A DNA stretch of 30,766 nt, taken from the IMG/VR virus record IMGVR_UViG_2537561688_000008, one strand, 5' to 3'. This DNA comes from a virus. Lineage: Duplodnaviria > Heunggongvirae > Uroviricota > Caudoviricetes. The notes beneath the pieces were generated by a model. That model was not told the origin of the DNA and ran no database searches. It saw nothing but the letters and a program-made list of their open reading frames with translations. This document shows, piece after piece, positions 10,323 through 20,200 of the stretch (positions are counted from its first letter, which is position 1; each line of letters starts with the position of its first letter). Both the position numbers and the translations under genes were made by a program.

Positions 10323-10819
10323 TGCCGGTAATTAACACGCATCAGAATATCGCCGCCTTTCTCGACATGCTGGCGGTGTCCGAAGGGACGGCGAACCATC
10401 CGCTGACGAAAAACCGGGGATATGACGTGATAGTCACCGGACTGGACGGGAAGCCGGAAATTTTCACCGACTACAGTGACCACCCGTTCGCGCATGGCCG
10501 ACCGGCGAAGGTGTTTAACCGTCGCGGTGAAAAATCCACGGCTTCCGGTCGCTATCAGCAGCTTTACCTGTTCTGGCCGCATTACCGCAAACAGCTTGCC
10601 CTGCCGGATTTCAGTCCGTTGTCACAGGACAGACTCGCCATTCAGTTGATCCGCGAACGCGGTGCACTGGATGACATCCGGGCGGGACGCATTGAGCGCG
10701 CCATTTCACGCTGTCGCAATATCTGGGCGTCCCTGCCGGGTGCCGGTTACGGTCAGCGTGAGCATTCACTGGAAAAACTGGTCACCGTCTGGCGTACCGC
10801 TGGCGGCGTACCGGCTTAA
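10322..10819 (+). CDS. K: endolysin / phage lysozyme (P2 gpK-like)
   Basis: 165-aa ORF directly after the holin; matches P2 gpK in length and sequence as recalled. Confidence 0.85.
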   Translation: MPVINTHQNIAAFLDMLAVSEGTANHPLTKNRGYDVIVTGLDGKPEIFTDYSDHPFAHGRPAKVFNRRGEKSTASGRYQQLYLFWPHYRKQLALPDFSPLSQDRLAIQLIRERGALDDIRAGRIERAISRCRNIWASLPGAGYGQREHSLEKLVTVWRTAGGVPA

Positions 10820-10833
10820 ACGGAGTAAACACC

Positions 10834-11259
10834 ATGAAGAAATTATCCCTTTCACTGATGCTGAACGTGTCGCTGGCGCTGATGCTGGCACTGTCCCTGA
10901 TTTACCCGCAGAGCGTGGCCGTCAGTTTTGTCGCCACCTGGGCGATTCTGGCGACGGTTATCTGTGTGGTTGCCGGTGGTGTCGGCGTGTATGCCACAGA
11001 GTATGTACTGGAACGCTACGGGCGGGAGCTGCCGCCGGAATCGCTGGCCGTGAAGATTGTCACGGCGCTGTTTTTGCAGCCGGTGCCGTGGCGCAGGCGG
11101 TCAGTGGCTCTGGTAGTGATGGTGGCGACGTTTATCTCGCTGGTCGCTGCCGGGTGGATTTTTACCGCGCTGATTTATCTCGTGGCATCGGTGTTCTTCC
11201 GGCTGATACGTACGGCCTGCTGTCAGCGTTTTGAGGGGCGGGAACCATGTCAAAGCTGA
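10834..11259 (+). CDS. lysA: lysis regulatory membrane protein LysA
   Basis: 141-aa strongly hydrophobic protein after K, the P2 lysA position. Confidence 0.75.
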   Translation: MKKLSLSLMLNVSLALMLALSLIYPQSVAVSFVATWAILATVICVVAGGVGVYATEYVLERYGRELPPESLAVKIVTALFLQPVPWRRRSVALVVMVATFISLVAAGWIFTALIYLVASVFFRLIRTACCQRFEGREPCQS

Positions 11260-11690
11260 TGATTGTGCTGGTTGTGTTGTTATCACTGGCGGTGGCCGGT
11301 CTGTTTCTGGTGAAACACAAAAATGCCAGCCTGCGCGCCTCGCTGGACAGGGCGAACAACGTCGCCAGCGGGCAGCAGACGACCATCACCATGCTGAAAA
11401 ATCAGCTTCATGTTGCCCTCACCAGGGCAGACAAAAACGAGCTGGCGCAGGTGGCACTGCGTCAGGAACTGGAAAACGCCGCGAAGCGTGAAGCTCAGCG
11501 CGAGAAAACCATCACGAGATTACTCAATGAAAACGAAGATTTCCGCCGCTGGTATGGTGCTGACCTGCCTGATGTTGTGCGCCGGTTGCACCAGCGCCCC
11601 GCCTGCACCGACGCCAGTGATTGTCCACAACGCCTGCCCGAAAGTGAGTCTTTGCCCGATGCCGGGCAGCGACCCAGAGACGAACGGTGA
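11247..11690 (+). CDS. lysB: LysB (i-spanin-like lysis protein)
   Basis: 147-aa ORF with an N-terminal membrane anchor (MSKLMIVLVVLLSLAVAGLFLV) and a charged helical region; overlaps lysA end. Confidence 0.75.
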   Translation: MSKLMIVLVVLLSLAVAGLFLVKHKNASLRASLDRANNVASGQQTTITMLKNQLHVALTRADKNELAQVALRQELENAAKREAQREKTITRLLNENEDFRRWYGADLPDVVRRLHQRPACTDASDCPQRLPESESLPDAGQRPRDER

Positions 11691-11817
11691 TTTAAGTGCC
11701 GATATCCGGCAGCTTGAGAACGCGCTGGCGCGCTGTGCCAGCCAGGTAAAAATGATTAAACACTGTCAGGACGAAAACGATGCTCAAACCCGACAGCCTG
11801 CGCAGGGCGCTGACTGA
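11527..11817 (+). CDS. lysC: LysC (o-spanin-like lipoprotein), embedded in the +1 frame of lysB
   Basis: ATG at 11527 inside track ORF 11410-11817 gives 96 aa starting MKTKISAAGMVLTCLMLCAGC, a signal peptide with a lipobox-like cysteine; the embedded arrangement is typical of spanin pairs. Confidence 0.6.
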   Translation: MKTKISAAGMVLTCLMLCAGCTSAPPAPTPVIVHNACPKVSLCPMPGSDPETNGDLSADIRQLENALARCASQVKMIKHCQDENDAQTRQPAQGAD

Positions 11818-12247
11818 TGCCGTCACGGTGCTGAAAACCAGTCCAGATATGCTGCGGATATTCGTGGATCACGGGAGTATTGCCTCCACGCTGGCGGCGT
11901 CGTTGTCATTCGAAAAGCGTTACACGCTCAATGTCATTGTGACCGACTTTACCGGTGATTTTGACCTGCTCATCGTGCCGGTGCTGGCGTGGCTGCGGGT
12001 AAATCAGCCCGACATCATGACCACCGACGCAGGTCAGAAAAAGGGCTTCACGTTTTATGCAGACATCAACAATGACAGCAGCTTTGATATCAGCATCAGC
12101 CTGATGCTGACCGAGCGAACGCTGGTCAGTGAGGTGGACGGCGCACTGCATGTGAAGAATATCCCGGAACCTCCGCCGCCGGAGCCGGTCACCCGCCCGG
12201 TGGAGCTTTATATCAATGGCGAACTGGTGAGCAAGTGGGATGAATGA
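11780..12247 (+). CDS. R: tail completion protein (P2 gpR-like)
   Basis: 155-aa ORF in the expected position and of the expected length. Confidence 0.85.
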   Translation: MLKPDSLRRALTDAVTVLKTSPDMLRIFVDHGSIASTLAASLSFEKRYTLNVIVTDFTGDFDLLIVPVLAWLRVNQPDIMTTDAGQKKGFTFYADINNDSSFDISISLMLTERTLVSEVDGALHVKNIPEPPPPEPVTRPVELYINGELVSKWDE

Positions 12248-12692
12248 GTTTAAGCGTTTTGAAGACCGGCTGACCGGACTGATTGAGTCGCTGTCACCGT
12301 CAGGGCGTCGGCGACTGAGTGCCGAACTGGCGAAACGTCTGCGGCAGAGTCAGCAGCGCCGGGTGATGGCACAGAAAGCCCCGGATGGCACACCCTATGC
12401 GCCACGCCAGCAGCAGAGCGCCAGAAAAAAGACCGGTCGCGTTAAGCGAAAAATGTTTGCGAAACTTATCACCAGTCGTTTTTTGCATATCCGCGCCAGC
12501 CCGGAACAGGCATCAATGGAATTTTACGGCGGGAAGTCACCGAAAATAGCCAGTGTGCATCAGTTCGGTCTGTCGGAAGAAACCCGGAAAGACGGTAAGA
12601 AAATTGATTATCCGGCGCGTCCTCTGCTCGGCTTTACCGGTGAGGATGTGCAGATGATTGAAGAGATTATCCTGGCTCACCTCGACCGTTAG
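12240..12692 (+). CDS. S: tail completion protein (P2 gpS-like)
   Basis: 150-aa ORF overlapping the R stop, as in P2. Confidence 0.85.
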   Translation: MNEFKRFEDRLTGLIESLSPSGRRRLSAELAKRLRQSQQRRVMAQKAPDGTPYAPRQQQSARKKTGRVKRKMFAKLITSRFLHIRASPEQASMEFYGGKSPKIASVHQFGLSEETRKDGKKIDYPARPLLGFTGEDVQMIEEIILAHLDR

Positions 12693-12758
12693 TTGTGCCA
12701 TTCCCGACACCTCATCGTTACATTGCCGCCGGTATGACCCGGCGGCATCCTTCCCGTT

Positions 12759-13394
12759 ATGAACACTCTCGCAAATATCCAGGAACTCGCGCGCGCACTG
12801 CGCAACATGATCCGCACCGGCCTTGTCGTCGAAACCAACCTTAAAGCCGGTCGCTGCCGTGTGCAGACCGGCGGCATGTGCACCGACTGGCTTCAGTGGC
12901 TGACACATCGTGCCGGGCGTTCGCGCACATGGTGGGCACCTTCCGTGGGGGAGCAGGTGCTGATTCTGGCCGTGGGCGGTGAACTTGACACGGCGTTCGT
13001 TCTGCCGGGGATTTATTCCGGCGATAACCCCGCGCCGTCTGCGTCGTCTGATGCCCTGCATATCCGTTTCCCTGACGGGGCGGTGATTGAATATGAACCT
13101 GAAACCAGTGCACTCACGGTAAGCGGAATTAAAACGGCCAGCGTGACGGCTTCTGATTCTGTTACTGCCACGGTGCCGGTGGTCATGGTGAAAGCATCAA
13201 CCCGCGTTACCCTGGACACACCGGAGGTGGTCTGCACCAACAGGCTGATTACCGGCACGCTGGAAGTGCAGAAGGGCGGGACGATGCGCGGCAACATTGA
13301 ACACACCGGCGGTGAACTCTCATCAAACGGTAAGGTACTGCATACCCATAAACACCCCGGCGACAGCGGCGGCACAACCGGGAGCCCTCTATGA
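12759..13394 (+). CDS. V: baseplate spike / assembly protein (P2 gpV-like)
   Basis: 211-aa ORF, correct order and length. Confidence 0.85.
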   Translation: MNTLANIQELARALRNMIRTGLVVETNLKAGRCRVQTGGMCTDWLQWLTHRAGRSRTWWAPSVGEQVLILAVGGELDTAFVLPGIYSGDNPAPSASSDALHIRFPDGAVIEYEPETSALTVSGIKTASVTASDSVTATVPVVMVKASTRVTLDTPEVVCTNRLITGTLEVQKGGTMRGNIEHTGGELSSNGKVLHTHKHPGDSGGTTGSPL

Positions 13395-13738
13395 CAGCGC
13401 GTTATCTCGGAATGAATCGCAGTGATGGCCTGACTGTCACTGACCTTGAGCATATCAGCCAGAGTATCGGCGATATCCTGCGCACACCGGTCGGCTCACG
13501 GGTGATGCGTCGTGATTACGGCTCGTTGCTGGCGTCAATGATTGACCAGCCGCAGACCCCGGCGCTTGAGTTGCAGATTAAGGTCGCCTGTTACATGGCG
13601 GTGCTGAAATGGGAACCCCGCGTCACCCTGTCATCCGTCACCACTGAGCGCAGTTTTGACGGGCGAATGACAGTTACGTTAACCGGCCAGCACAACGACA
13701 CCGGCCAGCCACTTTCGTTAACCATCCCTGTGAGTTGA
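13391..13738 (+). CDS. W: baseplate wedge protein (P2 gpW-like)
   Basis: 115-aa ORF overlapping the V stop. Confidence 0.85.
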   Translation: MTARYLGMNRSDGLTVTDLEHISQSIGDILRTPVGSRVMRRDYGSLLASMIDQPQTPALELQIKVACYMAVLKWEPRVTLSSVTTERSFDGRMTVTLTGQHNDTGQPLSLTIPVS

Positions 13739-13742
13739 AACC

Positions 13743-14646
13743 ATGCCGATTATCGACCTGAACCAGCTACCCGCACCGGATGTGGTCGAGGAGCTGGACT
13801 TTGAAACCATTCTTGCCGAACGCAAGGCGACACTGATTTCCCTTTACCCGGAAGACCAGCAGGAGGCGGTCGCCCGTACCCTGACGCTGGAATCTGAGCC
13901 TCTCGCCAAACTGCTGGAGGAAAATGCTTATCGTGAGCTTATCTGGCGTCAGCGTGTGAATGAGGCCGCACGGGCGGTGATGCTGGCCTGTGCCGCCGGT
14001 AATGACCTTGATGTGATTGGTGCCAATTACAACACCACGCGCCTGACTATCACCCCGGCAGATGATTCGACCATTCCGCCGACACCGGCAGTGATGGAAT
14101 CTGACACCGATTATCGTCTGCGTATTCAGCAGGCGTTTGAGGGCTTAAGCGTCGCCGGGTCGGTGGGTGCTTATCAGTATCATGGTCGCAGTGCCGACGG
14201 GCGTGTCGCGGATATCTCTGTCACCAGTCCGTCTCCGGCCTGCGTCACCATCTCGTGCTGTCACGTGAAAATAACGGTGTGCATCCGAAGACTGCTGGCG
14301 GGTGCGTAACGCCCTTAATGGCGAGGACGTCAGGCCGGTGGCCGACCGCGTGACCGTGCAGTCTGCCGCCATTGTTGAATACCAGATAAACGCCACGCTT
14401 TACCTTTACCCTGGTCCCGAAAGTGAACCCATCCGCGCGGCCGCCGTGAAAAAACTGGAAGCATACATCACGGCACAGCACCGGCTGGGGCGCGACATCC
14501 GTCTGTCTGCCATTTATGCCGCTTTGCATGTGGAAGGTGTGCAGCGTGTCGAACTGGCTGCACCGCTGGCCGACATCGTGCTCAACAATACGCAGGCGTC
14601 TTTCTGTACCGAATACAGCGTCGTGACCGGAGGCTCGGATGAGTGA
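13743..14646 (+). pseudogene. J: baseplate protein (P2 gpJ-like) with frameshift
   Basis: Split into ORFs 13743-14309 and 14302-14646 in different frames; the end of the first ORF (...CVTISCCHVKITVCIRRLLAGA) reads as out-of-frame sequence. Confidence 0.65.
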
Positions 14647-15169
14647 TTCGCGACTGCTGCCGACCGGCTCATCACCGCTTGAAGTCGCCGCCGCAAAAGC
14701 CTGTGCGGAAATTGAAAAAACGCCGGTCAGTATTCGTGAGCTGTGGAACCCGGATACCTGTCCGGCAAATCTGCTGCCGTGGCTGGCGTGGGCGTTTTCG
14801 GTCGACAGGTGGGATGAGAAGTGGCCGGAAGCGACAAAACGCGCCGTTATCCGCGATGCGTATTTCATCCACTGTCATAAAGGCACTATAGGTGCAATCC
14901 GGCGTGTGGTGGAGCCGCTCGGCTATCTCATCAACGTGACGGAGTGGTGGGAAAACAGTGACCCGCCCGGCACCTTCCGGCTTGATATTGGTGTACTGGA
15001 AAGTGGCATCACAGAGGCAATGTATCAGGAAATGGAACGGCTGATTGCTGATGCCAAACCTGCAAGCCGCCACCTTATTGGTCTGAACATTACCCGGGAC
15101 ATTCCCGGCTACCTGTTCGCCGGTGGTGTGGCTTACGACGGCGATGTAATTACGGTTTACCCCGGATAA
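14639..15169 (+). CDS. I: baseplate protein (P2 gpI-like)
   Basis: 176-aa ORF overlapping the J stop. Confidence 0.85.
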   Translation: MSDSRLLPTGSSPLEVAAAKACAEIEKTPVSIRELWNPDTCPANLLPWLAWAFSVDRWDEKWPEATKRAVIRDAYFIHCHKGTIGAIRRVVEPLGYLINVTEWWENSDPPGTFRLDIGVLESGITEAMYQEMERLIADAKPASRHLIGLNITRDIPGYLFAGGVAYDGDVITVYPG

Positions 15170-15179
15170 GTGAGGAATA

Positions 15180-17474
15180 ATGAGCACAAAATTCAGAACC
15201 GTTATCACCACTGCCGGTGCAGCAAAGCTGGCAGCGGCAACCGCACCGGGAGGGCGGAAGGTCAATATTACCACGATGGCCGTCGGGGATGGCGGGGGTA
15301 AATTGCCTGTCCCGGATGCCGGACAGACCGGGCTTATCCACGAAGTCTGGCGACATGCGCTGAACAAAATCAGCCAGGACAAACGAAACAGTAATTATAT
15401 TATCGCAGAGCTGGTTATTCCGCCGGAGGTGGGCGGTTTCTGGATGCGTGAACTTGGCCTGTACGATGATGCGGGAACGCTAATTGCCGTGGCGAACATG
15501 GCCGAAAGTTATAAGCCAGCCCTTGCCGAAGGCTCAGGGCGTTCGCAGACCTGCGCATGGTCATCATCGTCAGCAGTGTGGCCTCAGTGGGCTGACCATT
15601 GACACCACAACGGTGATGGCACGCAGGATTACGTTGATGACAAAATTGCAGACATGAACAGTCACGACGTCACCCGACGCCTCGCTGACCGCAAAAGGTT
15701 TTACTCAGTTAAGCATGCGACCAACAGCACGTCTGAAACACTGGCCGCAACGCCGAAAGCGGTAAAGGCCGCGTATGACTTGCTAACGGGAAATAACGCC
15801 AGGAGCCACCAAGCGCGAAAAGGCCTTGTCCAGCTCAGTAGGCCACCAACAGCACGTCTGAAACGCTGCGCAACCCAAAGCGGTAAAGGCAGCATATGAC
15901 CTGCTAACGGGAAATAACGCACAGGAGCCACCACGCGCGAAAAGGTCTTGTCCAGCTCAGTAGCGCACCAACAGCGATTCTGAAACGCTTGCGGCAACGC
16001 CAAAGGCGGTTAAGACAGCGTATGACCTTGCTAACGGGAAATACACTGCACAGGAGCCACCACGGCGCGGAAAGGTCTTGTTCAGCTCAGTAGCGCCACC
16101 AACAGCGATTCTGAAACGCTGGCTGCAACATCAAAAGCGGTGAAGTCTGCCTATGACAATGCTGAAAAACGTCTTCAGAAAGATCAGAACGGTGCGGATA
16201 TTCCGGGAAAGGATACCTTCACGAAAAATATCGGTGCCTGTCGTGCTTATAGCGGCGCTTTGAGCACTGAAGCCGGAAACTGGACAACCGCTCAGTTTAT
16301 TGAATGGCTGGATTCCCGTGGTGCATTTAATCATCCGTACTGGATGTGCAAAGGCTCCTGGTCATATGCAAATAACAAAATCATTACGGATACCGGATGT
16401 GGTGATATCCACCTGGCTGGTTGTGTCGTCGAGGTCATGGGAACTAAATCTGCAATCACTATCCGAGTGACCACGCCGACAACATCAAGTGGTGGCGGTA
16501 CAACCAGCGCGCAATTCACTTACATTAATCATGGGGACGGCTACTCCCCCGGCTGGCGTCGTGACTGGAATCGTCAGGGCGACGCAATGACCGGAACGAT
16601 TAATCAGGATGGCGGAAGCCAGAATGCCTATATGTCTACGGCCTTATGTTCAGGCACCAGAGGCGGCAAAAAATATCTCAGAAAGTTTCGTGGTGGAGAA
16701 GGAGACACTATCTGGCATGAAACAGTACAGGGCGGGGTAGTTCGCTGGGCGACTGGTAATACTGATGCTCAGGAAGAATTATCACTCAGCTCCGCTTATG
16801 GTCTCCGTTCAAGAGGTGAGATTACATCACTCAGTGCTAATGGTCTGCGCATTGCTTATGGCAATTATGGTTTCTTTATCAGGAATGATGGCAGCAGCAC
16901 TTATTTTATGTTGACTAAATCAGGTGACAGATTAGGCAGTTATAATAATTTAAGACCGCTGATTATAAATGATGCCACGGGTGCTGTATCAATGGGGCAT
17001 GGCCTGAATGTTACTGGTGATATTGTCTCAAGTACCAAAGTACGTGCCGGTAGCGGGAAAAAATTCACGGTCAGCAGCAGTAATACATCCACGAAGGAAG
17101 CCGCATTCAATTTGTGGGGAAACTCAAGTCGTCCGGTGGTGGCTGAATTAGGTGATGATGCAGGCTGGCATTTTTACAGTCAGAGAAATACAGATAACAG
17201 CATCACTTTTGCTGTTAACGGGCAGGTATCACCATCTAACTATGGCAACTTTGATTCACGCTATGTCCGGGATATCCGGCTTGGTGGTGCTGCCACATAC
17301 AAACCTGCGAACAATGGCATGACATGGACACATCAGGCACCGTCCGGGTGTGTATATTCCGGCATTATTGTTCAGGATACCGGCTCAAACTCTGCCGATA
17401 ACATTGGTGGCATATATTACAGACCGGTGCAGAAATACATTAACGGGACATGGTATAACGTGGCGCAGGTATAA
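15180..17474 (+). pseudogene. H: tail fiber protein (P2 gpH-like); conserved N-terminus, frame-disrupted repeat region, distinct C-terminal receptor-binding part
   Basis: N-terminal 140 aa (MSTKFRTVITTAGAAKLAAATAPG...) stop at 15602; repeats at 15697-16140 are in shifting frames; a long intact ORF (16140-17474) encodes the distal fiber ending ...YINGTWYNVAQV. Confidence 0.7.
15697..16140 (+). repeat. About 3.5 imperfect tandem repeats (~122-131 bp unit) inside the tail fiber gene
   Basis: The unit ...gctcagtag(c)gccaccaacagc..tctgaaac.ctg..gcaac.ccaaagcggt.aag.c.gc.tatgac.tgctaacgggaaata...caggagccaccac.gcgcgaaaagg.cttgt.cagctcag recurs from ~15697, ~15839, ~15961 and ~16092, with small indels between copies. 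Confidence 0.7.
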
Positions 17475-17477
17475 TTT

Positions 17478-18005
17478 ATGCAGCATTTGATAAATATAAC
17501 GGTGGGTAATCCAAAAACGGTTGAACAATATCAATTGACAAAGGACTTTGATGTTGTCTGGTTTTTTTCAGAAGATGGTAAGAACTGGTACGAAGAACAA
17601 AAGTATTTTGCTGATGACACGATAAAAATAGCGTACGACAAAGATAATATTATCCGCTATGTGGAAAAGGATGTGACAGCTATCAGACCAGATGGATTAA
17701 GTGTGGTTGAAGTGGCGGATATTACTGCTAACCGACGGGCGGACATTTCAGGGAACTGGATGTTTAAGGACGGCAAAGTGATTAAACGCATTTATACGGC
17801 AGATGAATTGCAGCAGCAGGCAGAAAACCGGAAAGCCAGACTTCTTGCAGATGCTGAATCCGTGATTTTGCCACTGGAGCGCGCTGTCAGGCTGAACATG
17901 GCAACAGATGAGGAGCGTAGCCGACTGGAAGCATGGGAACGCTACAGTGTTCTGGTCAGCCGTGTGGATCCTGCAAATCCTGAATGGCCGGAAATGCCGC
18001 AATAA
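17478..18005 (+). CDS. G: tail fiber assembly chaperone (P2 gpG-like)
   Basis: 175-aa ORF directly after H, as in P2. Confidence 0.85.
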   Translation: MQHLINITVGNPKTVEQYQLTKDFDVVWFFSEDGKNWYEEQKYFADDTIKIAYDKDNIIRYVEKDVTAIRPDGLSVVEVADITANRRADISGNWMFKDGKVIKRIYTADELQQQAENRKARLLADAESVILPLERAVRLNMATDEERSRLEAWERYSVLVSRVDPANPEWPEMPQ

Positions 18006-18480
18006 GTTGTATAAGCTCTGGTGTGAGATTACATATCTATGGCACAGAGTAAAGCCTAATCTGACAGTCCGCTCTGTGCCAAGAGCGGACGTTACTACTA
18101 CTCGACCTAAAGTAAAGCAATTGTACTCATTAAATAGTGGTAATTGGGTCTGGTGCTTAATCGAACGAAATCTCATGTTAGGCGAAAAAAACGTCTGAAA
18201 AATCGATTAACACATACACCTGTGTACTATGGCCGTTATTCAATTTAAAAGGAACCATTTCCGATATGATTCACTGTCCATAATGTTTTGATTTATTAAA
18301 AAAGAGCCTTAGAGTGTGAAACCATTACGTTGAGTGGCGAACACCATTAATAAATTCTGCTTATACTTACAGCATATATTATGTTCACGTCATATAACCA
18401 TGGCAAATAAGATATTGCACATCAAGCATGATTATGATAGTGATTACAAAAATGAAGAATCTTAGATAAAGGATTAGTAA

Positions 18481-19416
18481 GTGGTTACATATAATTCAAT
18501 GTTGTTACCCCCCCCTAAATCTTGGGACGAATTTGAGGATATGTGCAAAAGTTCATTCCAACTGCGATGGTCCAATCCTAATCTGAACAGACATGGACGG
18601 TCAGGGCAGCGGCAGGATGGAGTTGATGTATATGGTGATGACTCTCTTGGGCGTTTCGTTGGAATTCAGTGTAAAAATACAGTATCAGGAATCAGTACGG
18701 CGACAATCGATGATGAATTACTCAAGGCTGAAAAATTTCGCCCAAAAATTACGGTTCTTTACATCGCTACGACAGCGCCCAGGGATGTTAGCATTCAGCG
18801 CTATGTAAGAACACTCAATGATGCCAGACAATTAAAAGGCCTGTTTCCTGTCGATGTGGTTTTCTGGGAGGATATTAGCTTTGATTTAAGCAAAGACCCA
18901 GCTGTACTCAAAATGTACTACCCGCAAATGTTCGAACGACACCAACCGACGAGGGAAGAATTTTTGCGCAAGAGAGATATCTCAAATTTGTCGACATTGT
19001 TGAATGTTATTGATTTTCATTCAACAATAGAACATTTGCAGTGGGGCGCAAAATACATTCATTCATTAATTATTGAAGAATACGATAATATTTTGAACAT
19101 TTTAAACTCACCTGTTTTTCAACTGAATGATACAGCTTTAAAGAATGTTACAATTGATTTTGCAACGGCCTGGCGTGATCTAATTATCTTGTTTAGAAAA
19201 GCTCCATATAATTATTCAGCACCAAATGATACTTTTAGTTTTATAAATCCCGGTGACCACTGTCGAAATCAGGAGGAAAGCGATTTATACGACGAAATCA
19301 CGCATAGCATGAGTAATCTCAAAGATAAAATTAGTACTTTTTGTGACTTTATAAATAATCACTACCATGAAATAAACTTAACCGAAACGAGCGCGCAAGC
19401 CAGGAAATATTATTAA
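18481..19416 (+). CDS. Hypothetical protein with N-terminal Mrr-like restriction endonuclease (PD-(D/E)xK, D...QxK) motif and a C-terminal domain of unknown function (cargo island 2)
   Basis: Intact 311-aa ORF with a GTG start at 18481 and AAAGGA 7 nt upstream (alternative ATG at 18499). N-terminal segment ...WDEFEDMCKSS...GQRQDGVDVYGDDSLGRFVGIQCKN... fits the Mrr catalytic pattern (acidic, DGxD, then hydrophobic-QCK). AT-rich; lies between G and FI. Confidence 0.7.
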   Translation: MVTYNSMLLPPPKSWDEFEDMCKSSFQLRWSNPNLNRHGRSGQRQDGVDVYGDDSLGRFVGIQCKNTVSGISTATIDDELLKAEKFRPKITVLYIATTAPRDVSIQRYVRTLNDARQLKGLFPVDVVFWEDISFDLSKDPAVLKMYYPQMFERHQPTREEFLRKRDISNLSTLLNVIDFHSTIEHLQWGAKYIHSLIIEEYDNILNILNSPVFQLNDTALKNVTIDFATAWRDLIILFRKAPYNYSAPNDTFSFINPGDHCRNQEESDLYDEITHSMSNLKDKISTFCDFINNHYHEINLTETSAQARKYY

Positions 19417-19693
19417 TACTTTTTTCTTAAGGGCTGCACTCATGGCCCTTAACACCGTTAGACTGTCATATTTTGCAATCGATACGCAGTTAGGTACTTT
19501 CTTGAAGTCCGTTCCTCGCTCATAGCTGACATTCAGCTCAATTAACTCGTCCACTTCGCTCCAACAGAAGGCGTAGCTAATCATACTGTGTATTAAAGAA
19601 AGGAGAAACGATCATGTTGAGTACAAAAAACACGAAAGACCATGATAAGGAAAATATGCGTAGAGTGACTTAGTTTATTGATTTAAATAATAT

Positions 19694-19870
19694 TTATGGG
19701 GGTAAGTGCTTTGAATAAAAAAACAAAAATTGAGAAGATTTAGCTAGTGCCAAAATAATTTGGACACCGCCCGTCATCAGACCCGCTACTACACTTATCA
19801 CCCCAGCCCAAAAAGTTTCAATGAAACAAGATACATATAGTAGTACTACATGGCGGAATAATTTACTCAT
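19694..19870 (-). CDS. Small hydrophobic (probable membrane) protein, 58 aa
   Basis: Minus-strand ATG at 19870 preceded by TAAGGAG with a 6-nt spacer. Product MSKLFRHVVLLYVSCFIETFWAGVISVVAGLMTGGVQIILALAKSSQFLFFYSKHLPP has a clear transmembrane-like segment. The ORF could extend upstream to 19999 (101 aa), but that start has no RBS. Confidence 0.45.
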   Translation of the reverse strand: MSKLFRHVVLLYVSCFIETFWAGVISVVAGLMTGGVQIILALAKSSQFLFFYSKHLPP

Positions 19871-20200
19871 AGGCTTCTCCTTACTGACGTAATCGTTAAG
19901 TAACACGTTGAGGTAACGGATAAATGCGACTATTGGGAGAGCTGTGATGAGAATTGTAGGCATAGGAATCGAACCTATGGATGCACTAGCTAAATTCACT
20001 CTTCACGAATTATACAGCATTGTAGTGAGTTTGTAAATACACGCCCCAAAAGTCAATCAGTCCGCTCCATGAATGTTGTGTCAGTACTACTAAAGTTAAA
20101 CATGCTAAAATAGGTTCCCAATATTCGTGGGTACAATCACTATCTGTGTAACTGGCGGAAGCGCTGGCATAACGACGATGCCTATTCGGGGGGCTTTAAT

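Noticed and set aside
6864-15382. Antisense and alternative-frame ORFs throughout the late-gene block (for example 6864-7322, 9517-9966, 10662-11234, 12537-13061, 14245-14868, 14672-15382)
   Set aside because: Same reasoning: shadow ORFs of the structural genes, with no independent start signals.
17748-18198. ORFs 17748-18176 (-) and 17908-18198 (+) overlapping the end of G and the adjacent intergenic region
   Set aside because: They overlap the well-supported G gene or run through the hairpin region; no RBS; unremarkable translations.
18593-18808. 71-aa alternative-frame ORF inside the Mrr-like gene
   Set aside because: Nested in the longer ORF that carries the recognisable nuclease motif.
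19429-19454. Stem-loop TTAAGGGC-n10-GCCCTTAA just after the Mrr-like gene, considered as its terminator
   Set aside because: The T-run precedes rather than follows the hairpin on the plus strand, and the minus strand has no U-tract after it, so it does not look like a canonical intrinsic terminator in either direction.
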